Part shown: in pieces, positions 18,278 through 27,646 of the stretch
Numbering within the stretch: the stretch's first letter is position 1
How the letters are laid out: every line of letters begins with the position of its first letter
Source: a candidate division FCPU426 bacterium
Lineage (GTDB): Bacteria > Oederibacteriota > Muellerivitia > Muellerivitales > Muellerivitaceae
Length of the DNA: 64,000 bases
Direction of reading: 5' to 3'
Assembly: GCA_963796105.1 (NCBI GenBank)
Contig: CAWCKJ010000004.1
Span: 512,001 to 576,000 of the forward strand
Made by a program: the position numbers and the translations under genes
The notes under the pieces: model-generated
What the model was told of the DNA's origin: nothing
Seen by the model: only the letters and a program-made list of their open reading frames with translations
The model's database searches: none

Positions 18278-19311
18278 CAGGACACCTCCGCCAGGATCTC
18301 ATCGGCCAAGGCCTGGGTGATTTTCTTGGAAGCCACCAGGGCCTTGAGGGAAGCCTCCATGGTCTGCATGCCCTGCAGGATCCCCGTGGCGATGACGGAC
18401 GGGATCTTGAAGAAATCGCCCTCCCGGATGACGTTGGCGACGGCGGTGATGTTGGCCAGGATCTCGAAAGCCGCCACCATGCCTGTCCCCTCGGCGTTGA
18501 CCAGGAGCCGCTGGGAGAGGATTCCCACGAGGTTCTCGGCGAGACTCACGATTGCCTGGGGCTGCTCGCCCGCCGGGAAAAGGCTGACGACGCGGGAAAT
18601 CGTGGAAGTCGCGGAGCCGGTATGAAGGGTGCCGATGACCAGGTGGCCCGTCTCGGCGGCGGTGAGGGCGAGGCTCATGGTCTCGTGGTCTCGCATCTCC
18701 CCCACCATGATGATGTCCGGGTCCTCCCGCAGGGCGCTTCGAAGGGCGTTGGTGAAACTGGCCGTGTGCGTCCCCACCCCGCGCTGGTTGACCACGGACT
18801 GCTTGCGGTGGTGGATGTACTCGATGGGGTCCTCGATGGTGATGATGTTTTCCTCGGTGGTCTCGTTCAGGTAATCCACCAGGGCGGCGCAGGTGGTGGA
18901 CTTGCCGCAGCGCCCGGGACCCGTGATGAGGATGATGCCCTGGTTGGCGTCCGCGAACTTCTTGAGGATGGGGGGAAGGCCCAGCTCATCGATGGTGCGG
19001 ACCTTGGAGGTGAAATGACGGAACACCGCGTCCCACCCCCGGCGCTGGCGGTAGGCGTTGAGCCGGAACCTCTCTCCGTTGGAGAGGGAATAGGTGGTGT
19101 CGATTTCCCAGGTTTCCTTCAGGTGCGCGAGGGCGTTCTCGTCCAGGATCTCGAAAATCAATTCCTCGCATTCCTGGGCGGGAAGGGGTTTATCCGTGAC
19201 GGGCAAAAGCCTGCCCAAACGCCGGACGCAGGCGGGCGATTCCGAGGCGATGTGAAGGTCGGAACCCTTTTGGTCGATGCAAGTTTGCAGGTAGGAATCG
19301 ACTTTGGGCAT
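18277..19311 (-). CDS. pilT: PilT/PilU-family type IV pilus retraction ATPase
   Basis: GSDLHI, GPGRCGKSTT, TIEDPIEY, ALREDPDIIMVGEMRD, AETGHLVIGTLHT. Confidence 0.9.
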   Translation of the reverse strand: MPKVDSYLQTCIDQKGSDLHIASESPACVRRLGRLLPVTDKPLPAQECEELIFEILDENALAHLKETWEIDTTYSLSNGERFRLNAYRQRRGWDAVFRHFTSKVRTIDELGLPPILKKFADANQGIILITGPGRCGKSTTCAALVDYLNETTEENIITIEDPIEYIHHRKQSVVNQRGVGTHTASFTNALRSALREDPDIIMVGEMRDHETMSLALTAAETGHLVIGTLHTGSATSTISRVVSLFPAGEQPQAIVSLAENLVGILSQRLLVNAEGTGMVAAFEILANITAVANVIREGDFFKIPSVIATGILQGMQTMEASLKALVASKKITQALADEILAEVS

Positions 19312-19379
19312 GGATTTTCTTTAAAGTGGAATAACAGCTCTCAGGGCCCGGATCGTCAGCTCAATGTATCTAACCGCGA

Positions 19380-19408
19380 CTTATATCCTTTAATATAACC
19401 CAAGGCAA
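19380..19408 (-). promoter_or_regulatory. Sigma70-like promoter TTGCCT-N17-TATAAG upstream of the pilT pair
   Basis: Consensus-like hexamers with a 17-nt spacer, about 70 nt upstream of ATG 19311. Confidence 0.45.
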
Positions 19409-19455
19409 CATTCCCTTTCAGCATATTTATCAGGGCAAAAAGCGGGAATCCGCGA

Positions 19456-19989
19456 TCACATCAATCCCTGGATGAAGAAAACCAGCCCGACCGCGCCGAA
19501 TCCCAGGCTGACGAACCAAAAGGGCTTGCGGCGGGTCAGCGCCGAGATGGCCGCGATGGCGATGGCCACCTGGAACAATGTGACGCTGTGGGCCAGGCCC
19601 TCGTGATGGCTCAAATGGTCCTCGGATTTTTTCTGGAATTTCCCTGCTTCCTCCTTGATTTTTTCCTGGTCTTCCTTGTACTGCTCCATTTTCTTTTGGT
19701 CGGCCTCCGGCGGTTTTCGGTTGAGGCCCGCCAATAGCTCCAACTTGGAACCCAGGACCGCGGCCTTGATCCCCTTGGCCTGGTAAAAAGCCCATTGGTC
19801 CGAGGACTTGATCTGGCTGAGCATGGCCTCATTGGCGTGGAATCCCGCCATGAGGGAAGCTACCGCCGCGAAGGCCGCCAGGAAGGCGGAACTTAAGGCC
19901 ACTCCCATGATCCATCCCTCGTTGGAATGCCTCGCGCTGTGCTCCATGTGCTCGTGAAGGTGCTCCGTGGGGACTTCCACTTCTTCCAT
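19456..19989 (-). CDS. DUF4337-family membrane protein
   Basis: His/Glu-rich N-terminus, SDQWAFYQAKGIK, LFQVAIAIAAIS; three TM helices. Confidence 0.8.
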   Translation of the reverse strand: MEEVEVPTEHLHEHMEHSARHSNEGWIMGVALSSAFLAAFAAVASLMAGFHANEAMLSQIKSSDQWAFYQAKGIKAAVLGSKLELLAGLNRKPPEADQKKMEQYKEDQEKIKEEAGKFQKKSEDHLSHHEGLAHSVTLFQVAIAIAAISALTRRKPFWFVSLGFGAVGLVFFIQGLM

Positions 19990-20059
19990 GATCTCAACTC
20001 CTGGGTTTTATTCACCGGCGGGGGAATTTTCGACAATAAGGCGGGCTGAGGCAAGTGAT

Positions 20060-20084
20060 AAAAAAGGGGCGAAGATCTCGCCCC
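20060..20084 (-). terminator. Intrinsic terminator after the desaturase gene
   Basis: GGGGCGA-N5-TCGCCCC stem followed by a T6 tract on the minus strand. Confidence 0.7.
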
Positions 20085-20101
20085 CTGGTGGATTGGCCTA
20101 T

Positions 20102-21046
20102 TTAGGCGGTTGCCCTTGATCCGCCCAGGCCCGCGTGGAGGATTTGCTTAGGATGGACCTGGATATCCCAGACCAATCCGACGAGGGAAAAAGCCTTGAG
20201 GATGTAATGGGAAGGGTCGATTTCCCACCAATAGATTCCCTGGCGTTCGGAAAAAGGATAGCGGTGGTGGTTATTGTGCCAGCCCTCTCCCATGGTAATG
20301 AGCGTAAGAAAGAGGCTGTTTCTGCTGTCATCCCCCGTCCGGAACCTTTTCGTCCCGATCAAATGGGAAAGGGAGTTGATGCTGAAGGTACCGTGGTAAA
20401 GAGCGGTGGTGCTGGTGAAAAAGCCCCAGGTGAGCATCTGCATGCCGTTGGTGTGGAGTCCCGGCGCCGAGTGCTGCAGGAATGAGCCTAATAAATAAAT
20501 GGCCGCCGCCAGGACGAAAGGGGCTACCCCGTGGTGTTTGTTGATCCACCTCAGTTCCGGGTATTTGGCCAGGTCCTTCACGGCCGCCTCGTTGGTTCCG
20601 GAGTATTTTTTGCAGAGAACCCAACCCACATGGGCCCACCAAAGGCCCCTCAAGCGGGGGGAATGGATGTCTTTTTCGGTGTCCGAATATTTGTGATGAT
20701 GCCGGTGGTGGGCGGCCCACCAAAGCGGCCCCTGCTGGGCGCAGGAAGCCCCCCAGAAGGCCAGGACAAATTGGAAAAAGCGGCCGGTCTTATAAGTCCT
20801 GTGGGAAAAATACCGGTGGTAGGCCCCGGTGATGGCGAACATACGGCCGTAATACATGAAAAGGCAAACAACCGCCGCGGCCCAGCTGATGCCGGTGAAA
20901 ACCGCGGCGATCCCGATGACATGCACCCCGAAAAAAGCCAGGCTTCCGGCCCAGTCGATCTGCTCGTCATGGGTGTACTTGAGGCGCAGGCGGCGCCAAA
21001 CGGTCTCCGGCCCGGTTTGGGCGGACAAGGACAAATCTTTTGACAT
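20102..21046 (-). CDS. Membrane delta-9-type acyl-CoA/acyl-lipid desaturase
   Basis: Three His boxes: HRYFSH, HRHHH and GEGWHNNHH. Confidence 0.92.
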   Translation of the reverse strand: MSKDLSLSAQTGPETVWRRLRLKYTHDEQIDWAGSLAFFGVHVIGIAAVFTGISWAAAVVCLFMYYGRMFAITGAYHRYFSHRTYKTGRFFQFVLAFWGASCAQQGPLWWAAHHRHHHKYSDTEKDIHSPRLRGLWWAHVGWVLCKKYSGTNEAAVKDLAKYPELRWINKHHGVAPFVLAAAIYLLGSFLQHSAPGLHTNGMQMLTWGFFTSTTALYHGTFSINSLSHLIGTKRFRTGDDSRNSLFLTLITMGEGWHNNHHRYPFSERQGIYWWEIDPSHYILKAFSLVGLVWDIQVHPKQILHAGLGGSRATA

Positions 21047-21147
21047 TTAAAAAATCTCCCCATTTTCAGCAACAACCCCGCGGGATACCGTTGCCTTTAC
21101 GCGATTATACCCGCCTGTCGGAGCCGAAAAAAACAGAGGGGAATATT

Positions 21148-22125
21148 TTATTTCACTCCTGAAAACCCGGATTCCCTTGGTTTTTTACCCCGAGTCCGGA
21201 TTTCCAGGACGGATTTTTCCACTCCCCTGGAGGCGAAAGTGATCAGGACCACCGCGGCCACGATCAGGCTGGCGGCCAAAAAAACCCGGGGGGAAAGCGC
21301 CTCCCCCGCCAACAGCCAGCCCAGGAAAACAGCGATGACCGGGTTCACGAAAGCGTAGGTGGACGCCAGGGCTGGGGTGGCTTTGTGGAGAACCCAAATA
21401 TAGGACGTGAATCCCAACAATGATCCGAAGAAAATCAAATAGGACCAGGAAGCGAGTGAAACAAGGCTGACCGCCCCCGGGTGAAAAAGGGCCGCCTCCC
21501 CGAGGAACAAACCAAAGGCCAATTGCATCAGTCCCCCCGCGACCATCTCCATGGATGTGGCTTGGAGGGGGGAAGCAGGAAGGGGCGCCGTCCGGGAATA
21601 GAGGGAACCCACGGCCCAGGTCACGGGCGACAGGGACAATACCAGGGTCCCCCACGGATTCAAAGGTCCCATGCCCGAAGTCTTTCCTGGCAGCACTAAA
21701 AAGGCGATTCCGGCCAGGCCCAACCCAAGCCCGGCGGTCATCCTGATTCCGGGTTTGGCTTCCCTTTTCCAAATCCATTGGAGCGCGACGATCCATAGGG
21801 GCACTGTGGCCACTAAAAGGGCCGCAATGCCGGATGGCACTTTTTGCTCGGCCCAAGTGACCCCGCCGTTGGAGCAGAAAACGAGGCAAAAGCCCACCAC
21901 CGCCGAGGCTTTCCATTGCCTCAAGCCTGGCCGGGGGGCGCCTTTCATCCGGGTCCAACCGTAAAGAAGAAGTCCCGCCGCCACAAACCTGCTTCCGGCC
22001 ATCAGGAATGGGGGCAGGGTCTCTATGGCGAAACGGATGGCCAAATAAGTGGAACCCCAAATGAAATAAACGGCGGATAACGCCAGCCAAACGCCTGGCG
22101 CCGGGGGTTTCTTTGGGCTTTGCAC
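21148..22125 (-). CDS. EamA/DMT-family transporter (YedA-like)
   Basis: VYFIWGSTYLAIR, PPFLMAGSRF and YAFVNPVIAVFLG motifs; about 10 TM helices. Confidence 0.9.
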   Translation of the reverse strand: MQSPKKPPAPGVWLALSAVYFIWGSTYLAIRFAIETLPPFLMAGSRFVAAGLLLYGWTRMKGAPRPGLRQWKASAVVGFCLVFCSNGGVTWAEQKVPSGIAALLVATVPLWIVALQWIWKREAKPGIRMTAGLGLGLAGIAFLVLPGKTSGMGPLNPWGTLVLSLSPVTWAVGSLYSRTAPLPASPLQATSMEMVAGGLMQLAFGLFLGEAALFHPGAVSLVSLASWSYLIFFGSLLGFTSYIWVLHKATPALASTYAFVNPVIAVFLGWLLAGEALSPRVFLAASLIVAAVVLITFASRGVEKSVLEIRTRGKKPRESGFSGVK

Positions 22126-22212
22126 GGGCCTTTTCCTGTCTTATCATGAAATAGGGATACGAATTTAATCGCGGTACCGGCGAAACAACCCTTTTTCTCT
22201 TTTAAGAAAGAA

Positions 22213-23181
22213 ATGAAGGTTAACATGGCCGAACTTCAACAAGCTACCCCCCACGTTAAGAAAAACCTTCTTCTCATCCGGTCTCTTTTGGCCGTCATTC
22301 TATACTGTTTCGCTTTCCTGTTCCTTCAAGCTCATTCCGACCAGAAAGGCATGATCCTGTCCTACGTATTGGTTTACGCCGCCACCTTCATCCCCTTTTA
22401 CTTCCTGGGAGAGGAAAAATGGGAGTTGGTCCGTTATCAATTCGTCGTCTTCAGCATGGATTCCGTTTTTTTGATGGGGGCTGTTTACCTTTTCGATTTT
22501 TTCGAGACAAACCTGCTCATCATGATATTCCTGACTTTTTTCATCTCCGCCTTGAGCCAATCGGTGGGCCGGAGCATCCTGGTGGGAATCGCGGTCATCG
22601 GGATCTATGTCTATCTCCATTTCCAAAAAGCCGACTCTTTCAATTGGATGGACCCGATGCTGCTGATTTCCTGCAGCCTTCTTTTCGTCGTTTCCATCCA
22701 TTCCGGCTACCTGGCCTTCAGGACGGTGCAGGAAGAGAAGGAAATCATGGATCTGGCGAAAAAGGCGAACCTGTTGAGCGAAAAAGTCCGGGAAGGGGAC
22801 CAGGCGGCCCTGGAATACGCCGCCACCCTGAAAAACGTCCTGGATACCCTGCCGATCGGGGCCATCGCCGTTTCTCCCCATGGTTTCGTGCTGTTCGTGA
22901 ATAATACCGTGGGAAAAATCCTGGACTTGAACCCCAAAAGCCTGGTGAACCTTTATTTGTTCAACAAGGACACGGTATTGGCTGAAATCGGGGAATCCAT
23001 GGCCCAGGCCTTAAAGGACCGGCGCGACCTGAAGCGGGAATACCTGGATATCCGTTGGAAGGGTTTTGCTAAGAGGATCCGTTTGGACAGTTCCTCGGGA
23101 ACGGGACCCACCGGAAAGCTTTGGGGAACCTTGTTCCTCATCCAGGAATCCGTAAAGCCGTCCTCCCAAGATGAAAATTAA
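22213..23181 (+). CDS. Membrane protein with coiled coil and C-terminal PAS-like domain
   Basis: About 5-6 TM helices, then LKNVLDTLPIGAIAVSPHGFVLFVN...ILDL, ending GTLFLIQE. Confidence 0.75.
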   Translation: MKVNMAELQQATPHVKKNLLLIRSLLAVILYCFAFLFLQAHSDQKGMILSYVLVYAATFIPFYFLGEEKWELVRYQFVVFSMDSVFLMGAVYLFDFFETNLLIMIFLTFFISALSQSVGRSILVGIAVIGIYVYLHFQKADSFNWMDPMLLISCSLLFVVSIHSGYLAFRTVQEEKEIMDLAKKANLLSEKVREGDQAALEYAATLKNVLDTLPIGAIAVSPHGFVLFVNNTVGKILDLNPKSLVNLYLFNKDTVLAEIGESMAQALKDRRDLKREYLDIRWKGFAKRIRLDSSSGTGPTGKLWGTLFLIQESVKPSSQDEN

Positions 23182-23233
23182 TCCCCGTTAACCCCGATTT
23201 CCCAATAGGCATTCTATCCAATAGATGTGCCCC

Positions 23234-23770
23234 TCATCTCTTCCGAGGGTTGAGCGTCTTTGACATCAGAAGGATATCCTCGTATTTCCCCAAGTGTTTT
23301 CTCGCCTTCTTCCGGAGGCCATCCTTTGCAAAACCGAATTTCCTGTAAAGCCGGATGGCCCGCTGGTTGGAAGCGAATACTTCCAATTGAACGCTTTCAT
23401 ATCCCTTGGTGAATTCAGCGTGCTTCAGGGTGGTTTCAAGGAGTTGAGCGCCGATGCCCCTTTGGCGGTATTCGCGCAGGACCCCCATGTATAAAAGACC
23501 GACGTGACCCGTTCCAGGACGGTGGTCCGGCCTGATATCACACCAACCGATGACTTTTTTCCCGGCCAAAGCCAAGAAAAAGCTCTCACTTTCCTTAATT
23601 TTCCGAAGGACGATTTTCCGGACTTCCCTGATGGGGGGCGCTTTCAAGGCCAGCAGCCATTTGACCTCGCGGGCCACCTGGTCCCAGCAGCGCCTGTATT
23701 CAGGGATATGCCCCCGGGCGACCGGGATAAAACTGATCTTTTCCTGGCTTTGCCTCATCTGGCGGTCCAA
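23234..23770 (-). CDS. GNAT-family N-acetyltransferase
   Basis: MGVLREYRQRGIG motif A; LEVFASNQRAIRLYRKFGF. Confidence 0.88.
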   Translation of the reverse strand: MDRQMRQSQEKISFIPVARGHIPEYRRCWDQVAREVKWLLALKAPPIREVRKIVLRKIKESESFFLALAGKKVIGWCDIRPDHRPGTGHVGLLYMGVLREYRQRGIGAQLLETTLKHAEFTKGYESVQLEVFASNQRAIRLYRKFGFAKDGLRKKARKHLGKYEDILLMSKTLNPRKR

Positions 23771-23921
23771 TACTTTGGAATTTGCGCTAAACCCTTGGGG
23801 AAAGTATCGAAAATATATTTCTAACTCGAAAGCGGCTCTTGGCCTATTTTATGCGTGAAAAATCGATCGTGCTAATCCCAATTTTACTTGCTAAGAATGC
23901 GTGGCGGGTCAAAATAGAGTC

Positions 23922-24013
23922 AGCCGCACAGTCTATCAGATATGGGCCACTATCCAATTGATGAGTCGTGGTGAGCCCCTGATCTCCGGGTTACCGGAGC
24001 GTGCGGCTTTTTT
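23922..24013 (+). ncRNA. Candidate structured small RNA (family unassigned)
   Basis: AGCCGCAC/GTGCGGCT closes a three-way junction. TTGCTA-N16-CAAAAT lies just upstream and a T6 tract sits at the 3' end. Confidence 0.5.
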
Positions 24014-24040
24014 ATTGTCCTTTTCGCCCTCTCCACCAGC

Positions 24041-24075
24041 AAAAAAGCCCAATGGTCCCGCCATTGGGCTTTTTT
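24041..24075. terminator. Bidirectional intrinsic terminator after sdhB
   Basis: AAAAAAGCCCAATGG-TCCCG-CCATTGGGCTTTTTT. Confidence 0.88.
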
Positions 24076-24096
24076 GTTTTGGGGATATACCGGATT

Positions 24097-24846
24097 TTAC
24101 CGAGGAAGGGACGATTCCTTCCCGAAGACCTTGTTCCACAAAATGCGAAGGGGATCATAGTATTTATCCACGACCCGCTCCTTCAGAGGAATAATCGCGT
24201 TATCGGTGATGCGGATCTCCTCCGGGCAGACCTCGGTGCAGCATTTGGTGATGTTGCACAAGCCCAAACCGTACTGGTCCTTGAGAAGCCCCGTGCGGTC
24301 CAATCCATCGATGGGGTGCATTTCCAGCGAGGCGGTCCGAACGAAAAAACGGGGGCCCGCGAACTGGCCCTCCTTGTGGTGCTCCCTCAGGACGTGGCAG
24401 GTGTCCTGGCAGAGGAAACACTCGATGCACTTTCGGAATTCCTGGACCCTATCCACGTCCCTTTGCTCCCAATTCCAGACCGCCCCGTCTTTCGGCGTAA
24501 AGGGAGGAATCTTCTTGTTCATCTCGTAATTGTAGGATACGTCGGTAACCAAGTCCTTCATGATGGGGAAGGTTTTCATGGGTGTGACGGTGATGGGTTT
24601 GCCCTCCTCAAACTCGTTGAGCCGGGCCATGCACATGAGGCGGGGCCTGCCGTTGATCTCGGCGGAGCAGGAACCGCACTTGCCCGCCTTGCAGTTCCAC
24701 CGGCAGGCCAAGTCCGTGGCTTGGTTGGCCTGGACACGGTGCACCGCGTCCAACACCACCATGCCCTCGTCGGCGTCCACGAAGTAATCCTTCAGCTTGC
24801 CGCCTTCCGAGTTGCCACGGTACAATTTCAAATGAATCTTCGGCAT
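24097..24846 (-). CDS. sdhB: Succinate dehydrogenase/fumarate reductase iron-sulfur subunit (Sdh1/Rv0247c-like)
   Basis: CRWNCKAGKCGSC, CIECFLCQDTC and CNITKCCTEVCP. Confidence 0.92.
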   Translation of the reverse strand: MPKIHLKLYRGNSEGGKLKDYFVDADEGMVVLDAVHRVQANQATDLACRWNCKAGKCGSCSAEINGRPRLMCMARLNEFEEGKPITVTPMKTFPIMKDLVTDVSYNYEMNKKIPPFTPKDGAVWNWEQRDVDRVQEFRKCIECFLCQDTCHVLREHHKEGQFAGPRFFVRTASLEMHPIDGLDRTGLLKDQYGLGLCNITKCCTEVCPEEIRITDNAIIPLKERVVDKYYDPLRILWNKVFGKESSLPR

Positions 24847-24880
24847 TTTCTCCCGCTTTCCAATACCTTTAAACCCCGCC

Positions 24881-26761
24881 TTAATGCGCGGGCGCTTCTC
24901 CCCGGATTTGCTTCAGGATTTCAGGCTTGAGAAACCCGTCTTTCACCAGTTCCCCTTCCAGTTCGGCCGGAATCTGCGGCAGGTCCTCTTTCGCCACTTC
25001 CATGGAGTCGCCCTTCTTTCGTATGACCATTCTTTTTTTCGCGAGTTCCAGCGAGTAATTCGCGTAATCCGTCCTGGTGTGGCCTCCGCGGGATTCTTTC
25101 CGCTCCTTGGCGGCCCTGGCGACGGCTTCCCCCACGATCAGCAAATTCCTCAGGTCCATGACCACGTGCCATCCGGGATTGAAGAGGCGGTTCCCTTCCG
25201 CCGAAATGCCCGCCCACCTCTCCTTGAGTGAGACCAATTCCAAAAGGGCTTGGTCCAGGAGCGGCTCCTCGCGGTACATGCCCGCGCCCCTTTCCATGAC
25301 CAGCTGCAAGTCGGCCAAGACCCGGTAGGACGTTTCCCCGCCCGTCTTCTCGAAAGGCCGGTTCATCTCCTGGTCCAAGCAGGGAAGAACGCTGGAATCC
25401 ACCTTGGGAACCGGGGCCTTCTTGGCGTAGGCGGCGGCGTGCTCCCCCGCCAGTTTGCCGAAAACCACCAGGTCCGATAGCGAGTTTCCTCCCAAGCGGT
25501 TGGAGCCGTGCATTCCCGCGGAGCATTCCCCCGCCGCGAAAAGACCCGGCACCGTGGACATCTGGGTCTCGGGGTCCACCTTGATTCCCCCCATCATGTA
25601 ATGGCAGGTAGGGGCCATTTCCATGGGAACTTTGGTGATATCCACGTCGGCCAGCTGCTTGAACTGGTGGTACATGGAGGGAAGCTTCTTTTTTATATCC
25701 TCGTTCGTCCTGCGCGAGGCGATATCCAGGTATACCCCGCCATGCTCGGTTCCCCGGCCTTCCTTGATCTCGGTCCAGACCGCCCTTGCCACCACGTCCC
25801 GGCTCATGAGTTCCGGGGGTTTGCGGTCCTTGACCGTCTCTTCCTTCCAGCCCTCCACCACGACTTTCTTGAACCAGGCGTCCGCCTCTTCCTCGGTATC
25901 CGCGTAAATCCCTTTATATTTAGGGGGGATATACTTGAACATGAATCGCTCCCCCTTGTTGTTCTTAAGAACCCCGCCTTCCCCCCGCACGCCCTCGGTA
26001 ATGAGAAGCCCCCGGACCGAAGGGGGCCAAACCATGCCGGTGGGATGAAACTGGATATATTCCATGTCGGCGAGGTCCGCCCCCGCCAGGTAAGCCAGGG
26101 CGAACCCGTCGCCCGTGCATTCCCAGGAATTGGAGTTGATGCGGTAGAGTTTCCCGATTCCGCCCGTGGCGAGAATGACCGACTTGGCCTTGAATAGCAC
26201 CGGCCGGCCGGTTTCGCGGAAATAGCCGTAGGCCCCCGCGACCCTTTCCCCGTCCTTGAGAAGCGAGTAAAGGGTGCATTCCATATGCACCTCGATTCCG
26301 GAATGGACGCCCTTGTCTTGGAGGGAACGGATGATTTCCAGCCCGGTCCGGTCCCCCACGTGGGCCAGGCGCTTGTAAGTATGTCCCCCGAAATGCCGCA
26401 CGTTGATGTTGCCCTTGCCGTCGGAGGTGCGGTCGAAGACGGCTCCCCATTTTTCCAGCTCCCGGACCCGGTCCGGGGCCTGCTGGGCGTGGATTTGGGC
26501 CATCCGCCAATGATTGGCGAAATTACCGCCTATCATGGTGTCGCAAAAATGCTGGCGCCAGGAATCCCGGGAATCCATTGTGGCCAGGGCCGCGGCGATT
26601 CCCCCCTCGGCCATGACGGTGTGGGCCTTTCCTAAAAGGGATTTGCAGACCAGGCCTGTTTTACAGCCCGCCGCGGAAGCCTCGATGGCGGCGCGCAACC
26701 CCGCCCCGCCCGCGCCGATGACAAGCACGTCATACTCGAAAGTTTGGTAACTGTCGGCCAC
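24881..26761 (-). CDS. sdhA: Succinate dehydrogenase/fumarate reductase flavoprotein (Rv0248c-like)
   Basis: GAGGAG, KAHTVMAEGG, QFHPTG, TEGVRGEG, HYMMGG, HGSNRLGGNSL. Confidence 0.94.
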   Translation of the reverse strand: MADSYQTFEYDVLVIGAGGAGLRAAIEASAAGCKTGLVCKSLLGKAHTVMAEGGIAAALATMDSRDSWRQHFCDTMIGGNFANHWRMAQIHAQQAPDRVRELEKWGAVFDRTSDGKGNINVRHFGGHTYKRLAHVGDRTGLEIIRSLQDKGVHSGIEVHMECTLYSLLKDGERVAGAYGYFRETGRPVLFKAKSVILATGGIGKLYRINSNSWECTGDGFALAYLAGADLADMEYIQFHPTGMVWPPSVRGLLITEGVRGEGGVLKNNKGERFMFKYIPPKYKGIYADTEEEADAWFKKVVVEGWKEETVKDRKPPELMSRDVVARAVWTEIKEGRGTEHGGVYLDIASRRTNEDIKKKLPSMYHQFKQLADVDITKVPMEMAPTCHYMMGGIKVDPETQMSTVPGLFAAGECSAGMHGSNRLGGNSLSDLVVFGKLAGEHAAAYAKKAPVPKVDSSVLPCLDQEMNRPFEKTGGETSYRVLADLQLVMERGAGMYREEPLLDQALLELVSLKERWAGISAEGNRLFNPGWHVVMDLRNLLIVGEAVARAAKERKESRGGHTRTDYANYSLELAKKRMVIRKKGDSMEVAKEDLPQIPAELEGELVKDGFLKPEILKQIRGEAPAH

Positions 26762-26802
26762 TCGTCTCCCCTTAAAAGGTTTTACGGCTCAGAAACTACG
26801 GT

Positions 26803-27573
26803 TTAAAAAATCTTAATGTCTTTCCAAATGCCCATCGCCACGAGCCTCACATACAAATCGGCGAAGCCCACCATGACCAAGGAAAGCCATCCCCAAAGCG
26901 GATGGTCCTCGTTCATTTTGGAAACCCTGCACCAGACTTTGTAACGGATGTCATTCATGCGGCAGGTGGAGAAGCAATCCAGTCTTCCACCCACAATATG
27001 CCGCCAGGCGTGGCAGGACCCGACATAGAGGGTCAGAAGGATGGTATCCGCAAATAGAACCAGGGTTCCCAGCCCCACCGAGTAAGTTTTGGGGCCCTCG
27101 AGCGTGAAGGCTTTCACGAGATCCACCCAGTGGTTGATGACGAGAAGGAGGGCGAAGTAAAGAAAATACCGGTGCACATTTTGGAGAATGAATGGAAAAG
27201 CCTGCTCGCCCTTGTATTCCCGCGGCTCCTCACCCACAGCGCAGGCGGGGGGATCCTGGAAAAGGGCTCGGTAGTAGGCTTTCCGGAAGTAATAACAGGT
27301 GCCGCGGAAGCCAGCGGGCGCCCAAAGAATCAGGAGGGCCGGCGACCATTTGAACCAGGAGGGCGAAAGAAAAGGGGAAAAAGCCGGGGAAACATAGGAA
27401 CCCCATTGGTAATAAACCTGGCCCTGGGGCCCGTAGGGAGTGAGGGCCGCCCAGGTCATGTAGACGAGAAAGGCGAGAAGTCCCAGCCCGACCCAGAGGG
27501 ACTCCAGCCACCATTGATCCTCCCGTAAAGTGACCCCGGCTCCAGTTTGAGTTCTTACATCCACTTCCATCAT
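26803..27573 (-). CDS. sdhC: SDH membrane anchor (Rv0249c-like)
   Basis: FRGTCYYFRKAYYR, PFILQNVHRY and SCHAWRHIVGG motifs; first gene of the sdh trio. Confidence 0.82.
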   Translation of the reverse strand: MMEVDVRTQTGAGVTLREDQWWLESLWVGLGLLAFLVYMTWAALTPYGPQGQVYYQWGSYVSPAFSPFLSPSWFKWSPALLILWAPAGFRGTCYYFRKAYYRALFQDPPACAVGEEPREYKGEQAFPFILQNVHRYFLYFALLLVINHWVDLVKAFTLEGPKTYSVGLGTLVLFADTILLTLYVGSCHAWRHIVGGRLDCFSTCRMNDIRYKVWCRVSKMNEDHPLWGWLSLVMVGFADLYVRLVAMGIWKDIKIF

Positions 27574-27646
27574 GGTCTCCCAGTGAATTTTTCAAATGGA
27601 CCGTTTTTCAGCCATCCCGGCCCCGATGGCGGAATCCGGCCTTTTC

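Noticed and set aside
17090..19398. Long plus-strand ORFs of 389 and 258 aa
   Set aside because: Antisense shadows of the GC3-rich pilT genes; the same applies to shadow ORFs over sdh, nuo and gnd.
23955..23985. TGATGA...CTGA as a C/D-box or TIGR unit, or a hammerhead core
   Set aside because: Single copy, no array or Nop-domain gene, and no CUGANGA/GAAA hammerhead core.
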